Below, piece by piece: positions 62,460 to 64,000 of a DNA stretch of 64,000 nt; position 1 is the stretch's first letter, and the number at the start of each line of letters is the position of its first letter. Below the pieces are notes generated by a model, which saw only the letters and a list, made by a program, of their open reading frames with translations, ran no database searches and was not told where the DNA came from. This DNA is from Felis catus (taxonomy: Eukaryota): assembly GCF_018350175.1 (NCBI RefSeq), contig NC_058370.1, forward strand, positions 107,198,001 to 107,262,000. The letters are read 5' to 3'. The translations under genes and the position numbers were made by a program.

Positions 62460-62700
62460 CATGATGGTGTAATTAATGCAAAGTGCCTGGATTAAACTCC
62501 TAGTAGTTGTACTTAGGTTTGTATGACTTCAACCGGCTTACTTTTATGAACCATTTATTTTTCTCATTGGTAAAATTAGAAGGATAGTATCTCCTTGCGA
62601 TGTTGTCAGCAACCTCGGGGACAGTGAATCCAAAGCAGTCAGTAAAGCCTCTGGAACAAAGCAAGTGCTCAGTCAATGGTTGCAGTCATTATTGTCATAA
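62460..62700 (+). mobile_element. MIR SINE
   Basis: tgcctggattaaactcc...tttctcattggtaaaattagaaggatag...gcaagtgctcagtcaatggttgcagtcattatt. Confidence 0.65.
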
Positions 62701-63359
62701 ATACCCTCACGGGGGGCCTTCCTCTGCCCTTGGCACTGGCAGAATGAATCTGAGGACAGTCCTGGTCCAAGATTAGCCGAGCAGCTTCCCTTTTTTATTG
62801 AAAGACTGTTGTCCAGCTTTCTTTCTCTTATTCTTATTTCCACGCCAGTATGCAGAGTTAATATATTTAAATGTATACTCTTGATGTGCTGATGTGCTTT
62901 CCCTTTTATGGGACCTCCCTGATGGAGGTCATTTTTGGTTGGTGTTTGACCAGATGTCTGTTTATTTTACTGCAAGGAGAAGATAGGCTTTGTTGGGGAT
63001 ATTCAAAATATCAGGATGAACTTGGCATTCCAAAAGAAATCAGCAAGCCAGAGCTCACGCAGGAGGACCCACCTCCAGGACCTGGGGAAACTGTCAAAGC
63101 CCCAGCTCCTCTTTTTATGCCGGAGGTCAGTTTTTCCAGGGTGAGGTTCTCTGTCCGTGAACCTGAATCCCCTTTCCGCTCCTCCACCTAATGCTGACAT
63201 TGGCTTTTCAGTGTGATACTGGCCTCTACTCAGTTTAGGGGCATCTACTTCACACAGGGCACAGTTTTAAAATCAGATGCCTAGTCCCAGCTCTCAGGTT
63301 CTGATTCACCTTCAGAGATTTGGTGAAATCAGCACATGACTTTCTGAGAATTATTGTAT

Positions 63360-63570
63360 TCACTCAATAAGCAGGTGCTGTGTATCTTTCACGTGCCAGA
63401 TTCTGCTCCAGGAACTGGGGCTCCGTTGATGAACAAAAGAGACAAACATCTTCACCTGTAACAAAGTTTACTTCTATCAGAGAGAGATAGGCAACAAAAA
63501 GAACCCTTAAATAAATTATATTAGCACATAAAGAGTAATAAGTCCTACATAGGAAAACAAAGTAGGGAGT
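63360..63570 (-). mobile_element. L2 3' fragment
   Basis: tcactcaataagca...cgtgccagattctgctccaggaactgggg...gatgaacaaaagagacaaa. Confidence 0.68.
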
Positions 63571-64000
63571 ACATCTCATGACTTTCCAATAACTTCTTCA
63601 TTATTTTAAATCCTAAATTCATCTGTATTTTTTTGGCCACATTGCCTGACCACTACCCCAGTTGCTTCCTTTGATGAATGAGCTGGGTGTTTTCTGACAC
63701 GGGACAGGATCCTGACTGTAGTCTAGTACGTTCAGCCAGAGGGCGGGAGCCCTTTTTATGACCTCTCACTGCCTGTACTCTGGAGGACCTGTCCCAAAGT
63801 ATTAAACAACAAAGAGGAAATTCTCTTTGAGAAAAAAAAAAAAAAAGATAATAGCAGAGAGTCGTTGTGGAAACAGAGATCCTTCCTAACATGTGGTCAC
63901 GGTCTGTTAGCCTGAGGTTGGGTGCCAGAACAGTAATTTGCACCCTAGATGGCTAGTTAGATAAGGAAGATCATCCTCTGGCATCATCCCTTTGTCTAAA

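Overview
Mammalian genomic DNA, almost certainly from a felid: it carries about 25 carnivore tRNA-derived Can-SINEs, including the young felid SINEC_Fc type. It comes from a gapped assembly with five N-runs. I find no recognisable protein-coding exon, RNA gene or CRISPR array. Nearly all ORFs in the supplied track lie in SINEs, microsatellites, N-gaps or the GC-rich island and are artefacts. Positions 1-49 kb look like repeat-rich intergenic DNA (Can-SINE, MIR, L2, L1, MLT1/MER34 LTRs, hAT DNA transposons) with scattered unique, motif-rich blocks. At about 49.4-50.7 kb there is a CpG island with a TATA-like element and a CAG|GTAGGC splice donor. This is best read as the promoter and non-coding first exon of a + strand gene that I cannot name; the rest of the window would be its first intron. 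I cannot demonstrate a new biological system. The best leads are: (i) a heavily frameshifted Ty3/Gypsy-like integrase fossil at about 43.7-44.1 kb, (ii) an old ~1.06-kb-period duplication that keeps an identical 24-bp NBRE-containing core, (iii) an 11-codon ORF whose stop codon lies inside the TATA-like box, and (iv) dsRNA-forming inverted elements in the putative intron. Repeat family names are from visual recognition of consensus sequences, not a database search, and old-repeat boundaries are approximate.
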